A DNA stretch of 64,000 bases from Nitrospirota bacterium (lineage in GTDB: Bacteria; Nitrospirota; Nitrospiria; Nitrospirales; Nitrospiraceae): NCBI GenBank assembly GCA_963701855.1, contig CAVPBK010000012.1, forward strand, positions 43,083 through 107,082. Reading direction: 5' to 3'. Shown piece by piece: positions 10,565 to 21,725 of the stretch. The notes beneath the pieces were generated by a model. That model was given only the letters and a program-made list of their open reading frames with translations. It searched no databases and was not told the origin of the DNA. The position numbers were made by a program, and so were the translations under genes. Numbering within the stretch: the stretch's first letter is position 1; each line of letters starts with the position of its first letter.

Positions 10565-10939
10565 GGGTAGAACCTCCGGGTGAAGTGAGGGGCATGAGAA
10601 AGCATGCGTGCAGACAGAAATGCGGCGCGTCGGAACTAGAATATGGCCTCACCCGCCGCCCTTTAGCGCGGATGATGAACCTGCCCACCTCCTCCATGCT
10701 GTCTTCTTTTATACACTTCTGCGAAAAATCTGAGTGGGTTTCCCACCCCTGCGTTGCTTAGATGAAGATCGGGTTGAATCTGCTGACTGAACAATTTTGA
10801 CCAGATTGCCTTCCTCCTAGCCTGATGCAGTTTCTGCCCCTAGTACCAACTTGGCCTAGCGTTCTCAAGGGGAGCTGGCCATGGGAGTCACACCGATGGC
10901 GACATTTAATCCCCAGACGTTCCTCAAAGAGATCGGCAG

Positions 10940-12245
10940 CGAACGCCATGCTCAAAAAGGCCAGCCTAGGGCATGTGTGCGGCGCCGGTGCTATGGCTAC
11001 GTCGAGATCGTCTCGTCCGTGCTCGATGCCTACGGGCGGCCCAAGCGCGATCACGTAGAACGGAAAATCAACGAGCAACAAGCGGACGTGGTCCGGCAGA
11101 TCTTCCGCCTCTGCGCTGCCGGCAAAGGGATGGTGTCGATCGCCAAGCAACTGAACGATGAGGGTAAGCCGGCCCCACGAAATAGCCAGGGCCGTCAGAT
11201 CTCCTGGAGCCCGTCGTCCGTGCGCAGCGTGCTCTTCCGGCCACTGTACCGCGGCATCGTGACATGGAACCGGACCAAGAAGCGCAATACCTGGGGCATT
11301 CAACAGCAGCGCAAACGCCCGGAGAAGGACTGGCTCAAGATCAGCATGCCGGAGCTTCAAATTGCCTCCGAAGCGGAATGGAGGGCTGCCCATGATCGGC
11401 TGACCGCAACGCGTGCCGTGTACTTACGCGGGACGAAAGGCGAGTTGTGGGGAAGGCCGGCCAGCACGCTCGATTCCAAGTACTTGCTCACAGGGCTGGT
11501 GAAGTGCGGCGCATGCGGAGGAAGTATCTATGTAAAGAGCAGCTCCCGGAAGGGAGAACGTGCGCTTTTCTATGGCTGTATGACCTTTCATCTTCGCGGA
11601 CGGACCGCATGTGCCAATAGTCTTCTGACGCCCATGGATCGGGCTAACGAGGAAGTGCTCCGCGTGCTCGAGCACGATGTGTTGCATCCGAACGTCATTG
11701 CGACGGTGGTGCGGAAGGCCGTGGATAAGTTTCGGACGTCGGAACGGGAATGGAAGGAACGCCGGGAGGCGCTACACAAGCAAATCTCCTCGATCGACAT
11801 TGAGCTCGGGCGGCTCGTGGCAGCCATCTCATCCGGAGGAGACATCCCGGCACTGGTCGCGGCGGTCAAAATAGCGAATGACCGAAGAACAGTGCTGTCG
11901 CAGGATCTGGCGGAGGTCGATAGCCAACAACATTCGGACGCCGATTATGATCAGCTAGAAAAAGAACCGCGGGCACACTTCGAAGCGTCCTGGCAGACGA
12001 TATTAACCAGGTTGTTCAGACTCGCCAGATCCTCCGAAAACTTCTCGGCCCGGACCGCCTCCCCTTCATCCCCATGACGAATGAGCGTGGCTCTCAGTAT
12101 GAATTTAAAGGGACCGCTTCGATTGGGCGGTTAGTGGCTGGCCGTGCAAAGGCCCTGGTGTCCCCAACGGGACCCGTCAAACCAGGGAGCAACTATAGAG
12201 CACGCGCTTAGCTTCAAGCTCGAGCTGTTGGTGGTGGCCACATGA
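10940..12245 (+). pseudogene. large serine recombinase, N-terminally truncated and frameshifted
   Basis: YGY, EQQADVVRQIF, IAKQLN, LYRG recombinase domain; CGACGG...YGC...C zinc ribbon; coiled coil; no catalytic resolvase domain; tail reads through att (VSPTG). Confidence 0.85.
12155..12172. repeat. att site: 18-bp copy of the tRNA-Glu 3' end
   Basis: CTGGTGTCCCCAACGGGA identical to 28450-28467. Confidence 0.9.
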
Positions 12246-12649
12246 GCACCCGTCTAGCCCTCCCCGCCCGCCGCCACCACATCACACAGAAAGTGAAAAT
12301 CGCCGGACAACGGACGCTCTACCTCAGCGTCCATGACGATGAACGGCCGGCAGAAATCTTTCTCAGAGTAAAGGGGTCCGACTGTTCCTCCGAATTGATC
12401 GGTCTCTACGACGTCATCGCCCGCCTAATGAGTTTGGCCCTGCAGTACGGTGCTCCACTTGAGAAGGTCGGGGATCTCCTCGCAGGGGCTAAATTTGCTC
12501 CATGCGGCCCGGTCTCTGGGCACGCTTACCTCAAACAATGTTCGAGTCTCCCGGATCTGATCGGTCGGCATCTCTTGGTGGCGTACTGCGATCGAGAGGA
12601 GTTGGCCCCTGCGCCTCTGTCTCCGGTCGAGAAAGAGTGTCCGAGATGA
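12242..12649 (+). CDS. TSCPD-domain protein (class II ribonucleotide reductase C-terminal-like)
   Basis: LP.RR..IT.KV.IAG..LYL, P.EIF, SLALQYGAPLE, FAPCG, SSLPD. Confidence 0.8.
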   Translation: MSTRLALPARRHHITQKVKIAGQRTLYLSVHDDERPAEIFLRVKGSDCSSELIGLYDVIARLMSLALQYGAPLEKVGDLLAGAKFAPCGPVSGHAYLKQCSSLPDLIGRHLLVAYCDREELAPAPLSPVEKECPR

Positions 12650-12690
12650 TTGGCGCCGACACACATTCTTTGTGAGGGAGAAAGGAGCAT

Positions 12691-12955
12691 CATGACCACC
12701 GTCAGACAACACAAGCGCTCTCGAGATTCTCGATCGACGGTCAACGCCATGCTGGACCAACCACGGCGGAGCCCCGCCTGGAAGCGGCGACGACAAGCCG
12801 CTCGGACGGTCTTCCGTCGATTTCTGAAAGAGGTGGATAGCTGGGAGAAGAATCCCCGCTATTTAGGCATGACGTTCCACGGAATCAAAGACGGCGATCG
12901 CTTGGGAGAGAAGCTGGTCCAGTTCGCTCGAGACGTGGTCGCGGGGCGCCGATGA
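12691..12955 (+). CDS. hypothetical protein
   Basis: RBS AAGGAG before MTTVRQ. Confidence 0.45.
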
Positions 12956-13074
12956 GTAGAGAGAAAAGCAAATCGCGGATGGGTTCAAGGACGCCGGGGC
13001 TCAAACGAAAACATGATGAAGCTGATCCCCCCATCGTATACAGAAATTCGGGTGGCTCCCGCGGTGAGATTCGC

Positions 13075-13503
13075 TTATTTGGGCGAAATGCCTGGTGGGA
13101 ATGGTCCGGTGGCAGCCGGCAGTTGAAGCTGCTGGGCGCAGCGTCCAATGAGGGGCCAGGCTTGCTGCGCGAGCGCCTGCCCATCACGATGGCCTTCTCG
13201 TAGTTCCACTTGGGTGAGCTGAGTCAGAGCGACAAAATGCAACTCAAACCCTACGATCCGTTGAGCCAGGAGCGATTGTCGTGTGACGGTCAGAAAAAAC
13301 TCCTGCTGATCAGGCCCCCCACTGAGGTGCGCCTCATAAGGAGAGTCGATGGCTTCGATCCCACGAAGGACGCAGTAGGAAAGGGCAGGAGCCGGGGCCG
13401 AAAAATTCCCAACCTGAGTCGTGGGCAGCTGACGAACCTCGGCCAGGCTCGCGACGCAGCCTGAGATCAGCAGGGCTAGACACAAGAGTGAGAGACGACG
13501 CAT
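13075..13503 (-). CDS. putative lipoprotein
   Basis: MRRLSLLCLALLISGC lipobox. Confidence 0.65.
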   Translation of the reverse strand: MRRLSLLCLALLISGCVASLAEVRQLPTTQVGNFSAPAPALSYCVLRGIEAIDSPYEAHLSGGPDQQEFFLTVTRQSLLAQRIVGFELHFVALTQLTQVELREGHRDGQALAQQAWPLIGRCAQQLQLPAATGPFPPGISPK

Positions 13504-13718
13504 GCAGGAAATCCTCGCACAGCCCGCGGCCGGGCCCAAGCGTCATTACCGAAACATGACCCCAAGCACGGTGCCGGTCGCGACGATGACACCCCGGGCC
13601 AGCAATGCCTCGAAGAGCGAGCGCATTTCAGCCATGGTCTTTACCCCTTCATGTTGAAGATAGCGCCGATTGGGCATTTCGCAAACCTCGGAGTCACCCT
13701 AGAAGTGAAAGGAACATC

Positions 13719-14240
13719 ATGGGCGGTCTGACTCCGAAACAAGCGCGGTTTGTTCAAGAGTATCTCGTCGATGTGAACTCGACGCAGGCAGCAATTCGAG
13801 CTGGGTACAGCAAAAAGACCGCGCAGGAGCAGTCGTCCAGGTTGTTATCAAATGTTATGGTTTCGGCGGCGGTTGCCAAAGAGCAGCACGCACTGGGGAG
13901 AAGAGGGGAGGCGGAGAAGGTGATCGCGGAGTTGGCGCTAATTGGTTTTGCCAACATGGGGGACTACGTGAATCTCTCTGATCCAGACAAACCAATGGTT
14001 GACCTTTCGAACCTCACCCCAAAGCAAGCATCAGCGATTGCAGCGGTCACGTACGAGAAGCGAGGGATAGAGCGACGTGTGAAGATCAAGCTACACGATA
14101 AGCTCAATGCCTTGGTGACTCTCGGAAAGCATCTTGGGCTATTCAGTGAACGTCACTTACTCGGTGGTCTCGATGGCGGCGAGGTCAAGCAAGTCCATTC
14201 GATGGAAGTGGCGTTCGTCAAACCCCCGAGGTCACTATGA
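13719..14240 (+). CDS. terS: phage terminase small subunit
   Basis: LTPKQARFVQEYLVD.N.TQAAIRAGYS.KTA..Q.SRLL; KLHDK..AL..LGKHLGLF. Confidence 0.92.
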   Translation: MGGLTPKQARFVQEYLVDVNSTQAAIRAGYSKKTAQEQSSRLLSNVMVSAAVAKEQHALGRRGEAEKVIAELALIGFANMGDYVNLSDPDKPMVDLSNLTPKQASAIAAVTYEKRGIERRVKIKLHDKLNALVTLGKHLGLFSERHLLGGLDGGEVKQVHSMEVAFVKPPRSL

Positions 14241-14289
14241 AGGTCAGCTTCCCGACACGTTGGGGGAGGATGCGTAGAGTAGTCGGGAC

Positions 14290-15090
14290 TCACTGAGCCG
14301 GTGAAGAGGCCGGCCATCCCATGGCAAGGTCCGCCACGATCGTCCCAATGACGACTTTGGCCTTCATGCGAAGCGGAATCCGCCTCGCGTCATTGGTGAA
14401 CCATACCCGAATGTTCCCCTGGTTGAGGAAGATACCTTGGAACGGCATCACGACCAACACCCGAATAGTTTCGATCGTACCCCATGCACCCCTGATGGTC
14501 TCAATCTTTTCCACGAGTACGTCTAGCTGATAATTCTTTTTATCATGGTGCACATTCATCGTCAGAGACGACCCTGGGTAGGGCCGTAACTCACTGCGGG
14601 CATAGTAGAGACAGGAAATGGCATCTTGAGTGTGTGGCAGGATCGGTAATGTTTCCGTCGACCCTCCTTTGACCTCTGTGACTGTGCCCTCTTTTTGATG
14701 AAAGCTGTACTCGATGTCTTCTTTCTTTTTTCCTTCTCGTCGCCGAAAGCTCAAGTGTTCTGGGAGCAAGGTCTCGGGATCCACCAGCGACTCCACCCGG
14801 TTATCCACGGGGAAAAATTTCGTGATGGCAGGCCGCGACTGTGCGGTGGTCACCAATTTTAGAAGGGGAGGATTTCCGTCTGTCCCAGCAGTGACTCCCA
14901 TGACTGCCGTCCCGGCCGTGATATTCAGCCAAGTGATCGTGTAGGTGAACTGTTCTCCGATGTGGAAGGGGCGCCCTGAAGGGAGCGGGCTGCTGTCCCC
15001 AGCCCACGAAACCGTCAGATTCATGGAGCTCAGGATCAGGGCTACCAGTACGCGAACCACTCCGATGGGCACACAATAACCGCCACCCAT
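14290..15090 (-). CDS. DUF3108 domain protein
   Basis: PF..GE...Y...W..ITAG.A; QD..S.LYY.R; VWFTND.RRIP.RM. Confidence 0.8.
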   Translation of the reverse strand: MGGGYCVPIGVVRVLVALILSSMNLTVSWAGDSSPLPSGRPFHIGEQFTYTITWLNITAGTAVMGVTAGTDGNPPLLKLVTTAQSRPAITKFFPVDNRVESLVDPETLLPEHLSFRRREGKKKEDIEYSFHQKEGTVTEVKGGSTETLPILPHTQDAISCLYYARSELRPYPGSSLTMNVHHDKKNYQLDVLVEKIETIRGAWGTIETIRVLVVMPFQGIFLNQGNIRVWFTNDARRIPLRMKAKVVIGTIVADLAMGWPASSPAQ

Positions 15091-16053
15091 TCGCGCTATT
15101 ATCCTCGCCAGGGGTTCACTTGAGACCGAAGATGGCGCAGATGAACCATGCCACACATCACTGAATCAATCCGTGCGATGAGCCCAATGCGGTTGGAGGA
15201 GCTGGGAAATCCAAGTCAGTAGAGGGATCCGAACTGCTGTGGCCCTTGATGCGCGGTGTATCTACCTTGGTTCCTGGGCAACTTGATGCACCAGTTGCCA
15301 ATCGCCTTTGAGTTGGGTGACCGCTTTATCACACTGGGGCCACCAGACGGTCAACTCGCCATTTTTCTCGCGGACTTCCACTTTGATCGCCTTGGCCATG
15401 GTCTTCGACTGAAACCAATAGACTCCTGGTCTCGTCGGAAACTCGGTCCCCCGCCAGAAGGAGGCTGTCAAGAAAAGTCTTATGGCCCTCACGAGGCGAG
15501 ATACGACAGCTCCTTCACGATCTTTCAATACCAGCAGTTCCATCATGCCATCTCGATACGAAGGCCCGGTCCTTCTCGGAGCCGGGCCTTCACCGATCAA
15601 AACTCCATCAGAATTCCGATGGCGTTCACGGCTCGTTCACAACGCGTCCGCTGTGGCCGTGTTCCCATCGCGTTTTCTGACATACCACATCGTCCTGGAT
15701 CCGCGAGAAAAGGGCCACTAGGGAACACCCTAGTGATGGGCCGTTTCCAGCCTTATGAGCCATCCGCCCTCCTATATTTTATTTATCTGGTCACCTGGGC
15801 TGCCTGTGCAAGTCCAGGTCTTTGGTGAACCGAGCTGGACTCAAACCAGATACAAGATTCGGTCGTAACAAATGCTCGTATAGCAGAGCGATTGTTCCGC
15901 TCATTCTAACGGCTCCTCTTCCGCCACTCCCACGGCGCTCCTTCAGGTTCATCCACGGGCTGGCTGGTATGAGCTGGTCGCAGGTTCGGAATTTTCAACC
16001 TTCAACAACACCGTAACCCCCCTCGATTGACTCCTACGTGCAAGCCGCCCTCC

Positions 16054-17813
16054 TCATCCAAAGGCCGTGAGATTCCCAGGGGTTTGCCTTATGCGATAGG
16101 CCATCGCATGGTCCGACATCCCACGGAAGTGTTCCATTCCGACGAGAACACAGGTGTGCCCATCTCTGATGGCTGTATCTTGGAAATGGTGCAAATATTC
16201 CATGGTCGTGTGGTCAACGATCTTGCCGGCCAAAATAAGCATATAGTCGGCTTTGGTGCCTTCCGGGACCACGATCTTCTTGAGTTCCGCGTCGAGTTTC
16301 ACCAGATTCATGCAGGTGACTGACGAGAGGTAAATCTTGTAGGGATTCTTCATCTCACCGATAGTGCCCCGTAGTACTGCATTGGCCGCGACGGTCATCA
16401 CCTCACGCGCACCACGGCCGTCCCCGATGCGGATGACCGGATTGCGGAACAATTCCTTGAGTGCGGCCCCCACCCCCTCAACTGGAGAGGCCTTTATGAT
16501 ATCTTTCGCGAGGATGACCATTTTCGTCAGCGTACCGACAATCATCCCCTCCAGCAGGTCTGAGGTCGCTAACGTCACCACCAGATTGACCACGGCAATA
16601 CAAATCTGTTCCTTACCCACCGAGAAGATCCGGATGAAAACTTTGTGCGAGACCAGTTTCCATCCAACCCACATGAGCAGCGCCGCCAAGGCCGTTTTCG
16701 GGATTTGATTGATCAGGGTTGTGGCGTACAACAGGAAGAACAACTGAAAGATCGCATAATAGAAGTTGGCCCAGAGGGTGCGGCCCCCGACGAGCATGTT
16801 GGTCGTACTCTTCATTCCACCGGGAATGATGGTCAACCCCCCCAACATACTGGAGCAGGTGTTGGAGACCCCCATGGCCCGCAAGGTGACATTGGGGTTC
16901 GACTTGCGTTTAAACGGATCGATTTTATCGATAGCTTGGATCGTGGCAAGCGACTCGACCCCGTCGATCAGGGTCAGCGTAACAATGGTGACTAGGTAGC
17001 TCCACCATAATTCTGTTCGTTCCCAGGCCTCCGTCCAATGGGGAAAGACGATCCCATGTTCAAAGACATCGCTGGGGACCTTGATGAGATACTTCTCCTC
17101 GAGTCCGATGAGCCACGCCACCAAGCCGGACAGGCTGATCACGATCAGGGGCACCGGAATGAATTTCGTCCAGGGCTTCTGTATACGGGCGAGCATACTG
17201 GTAATAAAAAAAGGAGGAAGAGGCTCACGGCTCCGATGGCGAAGATCAGCGGTGTCATGTCCATGACCTGTTCGGGAATCAGCGAGATGGCTTTGGGAAT
17301 GGATTTGATGGGTGGCGTGATGTACCCAACAAATGCCGGGACCTGTTTGATGATGATCAGGCTGCCGATCGCCATCAACATGCCTTCGACCACCGAGATG
17401 GGAAAAAACAGCGCGAATCGCCCCGCATGGAAGATGCTTAAGATCACCTGCACGACGCCGACAATGCTGATGGCCACTAGCAAAAGTGGATAGCCCACCT
17501 CCAAATTTCCATTCCCCAACAAGATCATGCCGGCCAAGATCGCCGGCGCCAGGCCGGCGGCCGGCCCGCTGATCGTGAGATAGGCCCCCCCGAGGAAGGG
17601 AAAGATAAAGCCGGCAATGATCGCCGAAATCAGCCCGCAGACAGGAGGCGCACCGGAGGCAATCGCAATACCAAGCGAGAGCGGGATGCCCATCATGGCG
17701 ATTTGCAGACCCGCCATGAGGTCGTACCGCCAATGCTTCAACCCCGCCACCCCGTTTTGGGGTTTCTCCTTTTCTGGAACATCGTGCTGCTCCGGGGTAA
17801 TGTCTTCTGGCAT
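16054..17813 (-). pseudogene. SulP family anion (bicarbonate/sulfate) transporter, one frameshift in the A7 run at 17206-17212
   Basis: DLMAG...IPLSLGIAIASGAPP..GLISAIIAG, ISGPAAGL; ESLAT..AIDKIDP; adding one base joins the two ORFs. Confidence 0.88.
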
Positions 17814-17918
17814 ATATGACCCTAGAATTTCGGCCCTAGGTCCGTGTTCTTTTCACATTCACCGCAGATTCTGGTCACCAGCAAGTCCTTCCTTTTCCTC
17901 TTCGAAGATCATGGCCGG

Positions 17919-17948
17919 ATTGTAGGAGGGAACCGAACGAAGGCGCAA
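17919..17948 (-). promoter_or_regulatory. repeated promoter module copy 5 (TTGCGC-N18-TACAAT)
   Basis: reverse complement of 17919-17948; near-identical to 25675-25704. Confidence 0.65.
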
Positions 17949-17981
17949 GGGCTACCGGCGCTACGTGGGGCACTAGCCATA

Positions 17982-18110
17982 GCGAGAGACGGTGGAGCTC
18001 GTTAGGAAGGGCCATCGCAGAGAATCGGCGAGCCTATGTGTTGGTCAATAATCGTGCGGAAGGTAATGCGCTGTTGACGGTGGAAGGGCTTGTGGGAATG
18101 CTACGCGAGG
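17982..18110 (+). pseudogene. 3' fragment of DUF72 gene (copy 2)
   Basis: AYVLVNNRAEGNALLTVEGLVGMLRE. Confidence 0.7.
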
Positions 18111-18255
18111 ATACCCAAAGGCCCGACCCCCTTTCGGAGCCGAGCCATTTATTTCAGATTCCGCCATGGTCGCACTGCATGCCCATGGAGGCGAGTATGC
18201 CTGCAGAGGGCTTCCATAGCGGTTTCTGATCCAACGGGCGTTCGCTTCTCGCAGA

Positions 18256-18507
18256 CTACCTGCTCAGACTTGATTGCATCTCCTTCGCACTCGGTGCTGA
18301 CATGAATTCTGTTAGCCGCGAGCCGAGTGAGATCTGATAGGTCGAGAAACCGACTTGACGAAGGAACACCCGCCCGTCCCTCGACATGCAATCTACAGCA
18401 CCGAATACCTCTCCCCAACTGAAATTAGGAAGGGCCGAGACGACCTCATCAAAACAGCGTGGATCACTCTGTAGCTTTTCAAGAATCGCTTCTTCTATGG
18501 GTAGCAT
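18256..18507 (-). CDS. small winged-helix-like protein, paralog of 10301..10564
   Basis: IEE.ILEKL, SW.EVF.AVD.MSR.G.V.LRQ.G..TYQI. Confidence 0.65.
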   Translation of the reverse strand: MLPIEEAILEKLQSDPRCFDEVVSALPNFSWGEVFGAVDCMSRDGRVFLRQVGFSTYQISLGSRLTEFMSAPSAKEMQSSLSR

Positions 18508-18624
18508 GGCGTGAGACCTCCGATTGAAGTGAGGTGCGCAGGTTACCGGGCATGCTAACAGGAGAGGGCGATGTGCGGAACTAGGAAATGGCCTACGAAA
18601 CCTGCCAGGAGCCAGAATGTTTCA

Positions 18625-18732
18625 GTACAGCTGGTGCGCCAGGCTGTCGGAGCGCGTATGTCCTGGTCAACAATCGGGCGGATGGCAACGCCGTTGACGG
18701 TGCAAGGCCTTGTGGGGATGTTGCGGGGCGGG
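18625..18732 (+). pseudogene. 3' fragment of DUF72 gene (copy 3)
   Basis: VQLVRQAVG / AYVLVNNRADGN / PLTVQGLVGML across frames. Confidence 0.65.
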
Positions 18733-18749
18733 GATTGTGGAGGGATTGT

Positions 18750-18992
18750 TCATTCACCGCCCATCCCTGGAAACTTGCCTTGAGCCAATTTCTGCATCAT
18801 CTCCATGAGTTGCTGCGTTGCTTCATTGCCTTGGATATTGCGCATCTGTGCTGTGCGCGCCGTCTCTTGATCACAGGCGCTGATATGCACAGCGCGCCCA
18901 CCAATTTTCTCCTCTGTGCGAATGTCTGTCACCACTAATGTCTTCCCATCCACAACGATGAGACTCCCTGTCTTTATTTCCACGTTCTCCAT
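18750..18992 (-). CDS. hypothetical protein
   Basis: RBS AAGGGAG before MENVEIK. Confidence 0.55.
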   Translation of the reverse strand: MENVEIKTGSLIVVDGKTLVVTDIRTEEKIGGRAVHISACDQETARTAQMRNIQGNEATQQLMEMMQKLAQGKFPGMGGE

Positions 18993-19757
18993 GTCTGTAC
19001 TCCCTTTCTGTGATATTGGACATGACGGATAATAAGCAAGACGGGGAATGTGGTTCAAGCGAAGAACGGAAGTTTGGTACCTTTCCCCTCCGTTATCGTT
19101 TCACCTTTCCTCTCAAGGTACTCGTCCTTCCCTCATCTTTTACCATGAGCCGAACGGTAGTGCGCGTGGGGCGCAGAAGCAAATAAAGAAAGGTGGCACA
19201 TGCCATAAGGTAAACACCCAAGCCAAGATGTTCCATAATTCACCCTCCCTTTCGCTAAACAAGCTAACCAACCAACATTAGTCACGCATTAGTAGAAGAT
19301 TAAATGGAACTTATGCATCGGTAGAAGGACGAAGGGACCGCGCCGTTGACGGTGCAGGCGCTCTCTGAAATGCTGCGACGTTAAGTGAAGTTTGCGATTG
19401 CTCAGTGAAGCCTATGGCGCAGATCCTGAAGACGTGGGAGGCGTAAGGCGAAAACGCGAAACGTCGATGAAGGCAGAGGGGGGTTAGGCGGGCGCCAATA
19501 TTTTGTAGTACACAACCCGGCCCTGCTTTCTGCAAGTGAAGCAGATTCCTTCTTCTCCTAAGACCAGTTCATTATTTTGTGAGGGACGGCTGGCATCAAT
19601 AAATGTCAAGTGGGAGCATCTCACAAGTGGAAGCCTTCCACTACCGTAAGTGTTTCACCCTATACCACGCTTCTGGGGAATATCCCACGATCATCGAGAC
19701 CGAGTACATTCCACCTACACAACGCATTCTTCACCACTAACTAACCGGAGGTTCATT

Positions 19758-20006
19758 ATGACCAAGATCGAGACCGACCACATCGATACCGCCATCTATT
19801 CCCTCGCGACAGTCACCGATACGGCGAACGGTGCTGTACGGGAACAACTGATAGGGATTATCCAACAGCTCTCGGATCTCGCCGGAGCACGTACGAATGT
19901 TCGCGTCTGGCTCCACGAATTCAATCCCTCTATCCCAGTCGAAGCACCTACGGCAGTAGCAGACGCCGCCGCACAGGAGTTCGACGAGACGATGGCCGGA
20001 AAGTAG
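19758..20006 (+). CDS. hypothetical protein
   Basis: RBS GGAGG. Confidence 0.55.
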   Translation: MTKIETDHIDTAIYSLATVTDTANGAVREQLIGIIQQLSDLAGARTNVRVWLHEFNPSIPVEAPTAVADAAAQEFDETMAGK

Positions 20007-20202
20007 CGAACATGACACGCGCCGGTTGCTCTGGCCAGGGCTTCCGGCGAAGTTCTTCCCATCACCGCATAGCGCACAACGCAGTTCTCGACAACAACAA
20101 CTCGGTCGGAGAGACGCCCGCAAACCGCGAGGCCGGGGGACTAACTGGTCTTTTCACGTCTCTCCAACTACATCACCACTGAAAATGGGAGCATCTCGGA
20201 AC

Positions 20203-21725
20203 ATGAACGACAAGACATTCGATCAGGTAGAAGCGGAAGAATCCCGCCGACACCATCGGGCTATGAACATCACGCCAAAGGAACACGCAATTCAACGGGC
20301 CATCGCCAAGCGTAACGCGAAGGAGAAACTCGCCGCACCAGTCACCACGGCACCGATCCTCCCGGCTCCTGCACCGACTGTCGATGAAGAATCACACAGT
20401 CAACTTGTACCCGGAAGTCCACTTCGACTTCTACCGAATCCCACACTCGCCCGCTATGCATACCGTCATCGACTTCTACTTCTCCAAGTGGAAGACCTAC
20501 GAAGAGGGACAACGACGGCGGGCACTCAAAGCGGATAGTATCCCGGCGTACCGTCTCATGCTCGGTGTATTGTTGGCCAACCTACAGCACGCGAAGGTCA
20601 CGGGCCGTAAAGGTGGAGTGTACACGTCACGGTCGAAGGCGATCCTAGGACGATCAGAACCTAGATACTGGCCGGTGGAATTCAATGAACGCTTCATTAC
20701 GCTCCTCGACGGTCTCACCGACATGAACGTAATTCTCCAACAGGTTGGTATGTGGCACGGTGATCGAACGATCATCAACGGGACTCGTCACTTGTGGGAT
20801 ACCATGCGACGGCAGCACGCCTTGCATGAATGCGACACCACAGCGAATCGGGTTCGACAAGAGGTCTGTCTTCTGAAGTCTTCCAAGGAGTGGGATGCCG
20901 ACAGCCCCATCGAACCAAATGAGCTGCTAGAGTACGAAGACACCGCACTGACAATCCGCTACCGACAAGAGGTCCGCAGCATCAATGCGTATCTTGAAGG
21001 GGATGCAATCCAGCTCACCCCGGACGGTCGGTTCATCGACCAGCGGGATTGTTTCGTACAGCGGCAATTCATCAACGGTCGGTTCGATCACGGTGGACGC
21101 TTGAAGAACGGATACTGGAACAATGGAGCGATGACGAGCGCCGAACACTTCGCCAGGATCAGACCGAAGGGCGAACGTCCGGTGAAGCTCGACTTCAGGT
21201 CGATCCAGATGCACTTGCTTTACATGACGGCAGGACTTCACGCCCCCACATCGAAGGTTGCCGGGGGTGATCTGTACGCTATCCCCGGTCTCGATCCATC
21301 CTCACGACCAGGGATAAAGAAGATCATCGCTGCCAGTACGTTTCATCCGCATGCACTCAAGCGGTTTCCCAGAAAAGACCGGGAAGCTTCTCTCCTCTCA
21401 CGATCAGGGAAAGGGGTTCAAGTTCGTCTGGTCAAAGATCGTAGAAGCCCACGCTCCCATCGCATCATCTCCTCGGTAACGGCATCGGGTACGGCCTACA
21501 GTTCCAGGAGAGTACCCTGATGGTCACGCTTCTACTTAGAGATGAAGAAACTCAACTATCCCAGTCTCCCGATCCATGACTGTCTTCTCGTCTCTCGCTC
21601 TGACGCCTTTGAGGTCCAGACGGTGATGGAGAATATCAGTGAAGGATTCACTCGATCAGGGGTCATACCTATGGGGAGAGAAGAGAGGGGATAGCTCTCT
21701 GTTCTCTCTTGGGTACGGGGTCTGA
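20203..21725 (+). pseudogene. family-A DNA polymerase / T7-RNAP-like palm protein, multiply frameshifted
   Basis: GGRL, motif A-like VKLDFRSIQ, motif B-like RPGIKK; downstream frames give HAPI, GIGYGLQFQES, LPIHDCLLV (motif C). Confidence 0.65.

Noticed and set aside
20384..21520. Reverse transcriptase / retron / DGR
   Set aside because: No YxDD motif; motifs fit family-A polymerases; no adenine-specific repeat pair seen.
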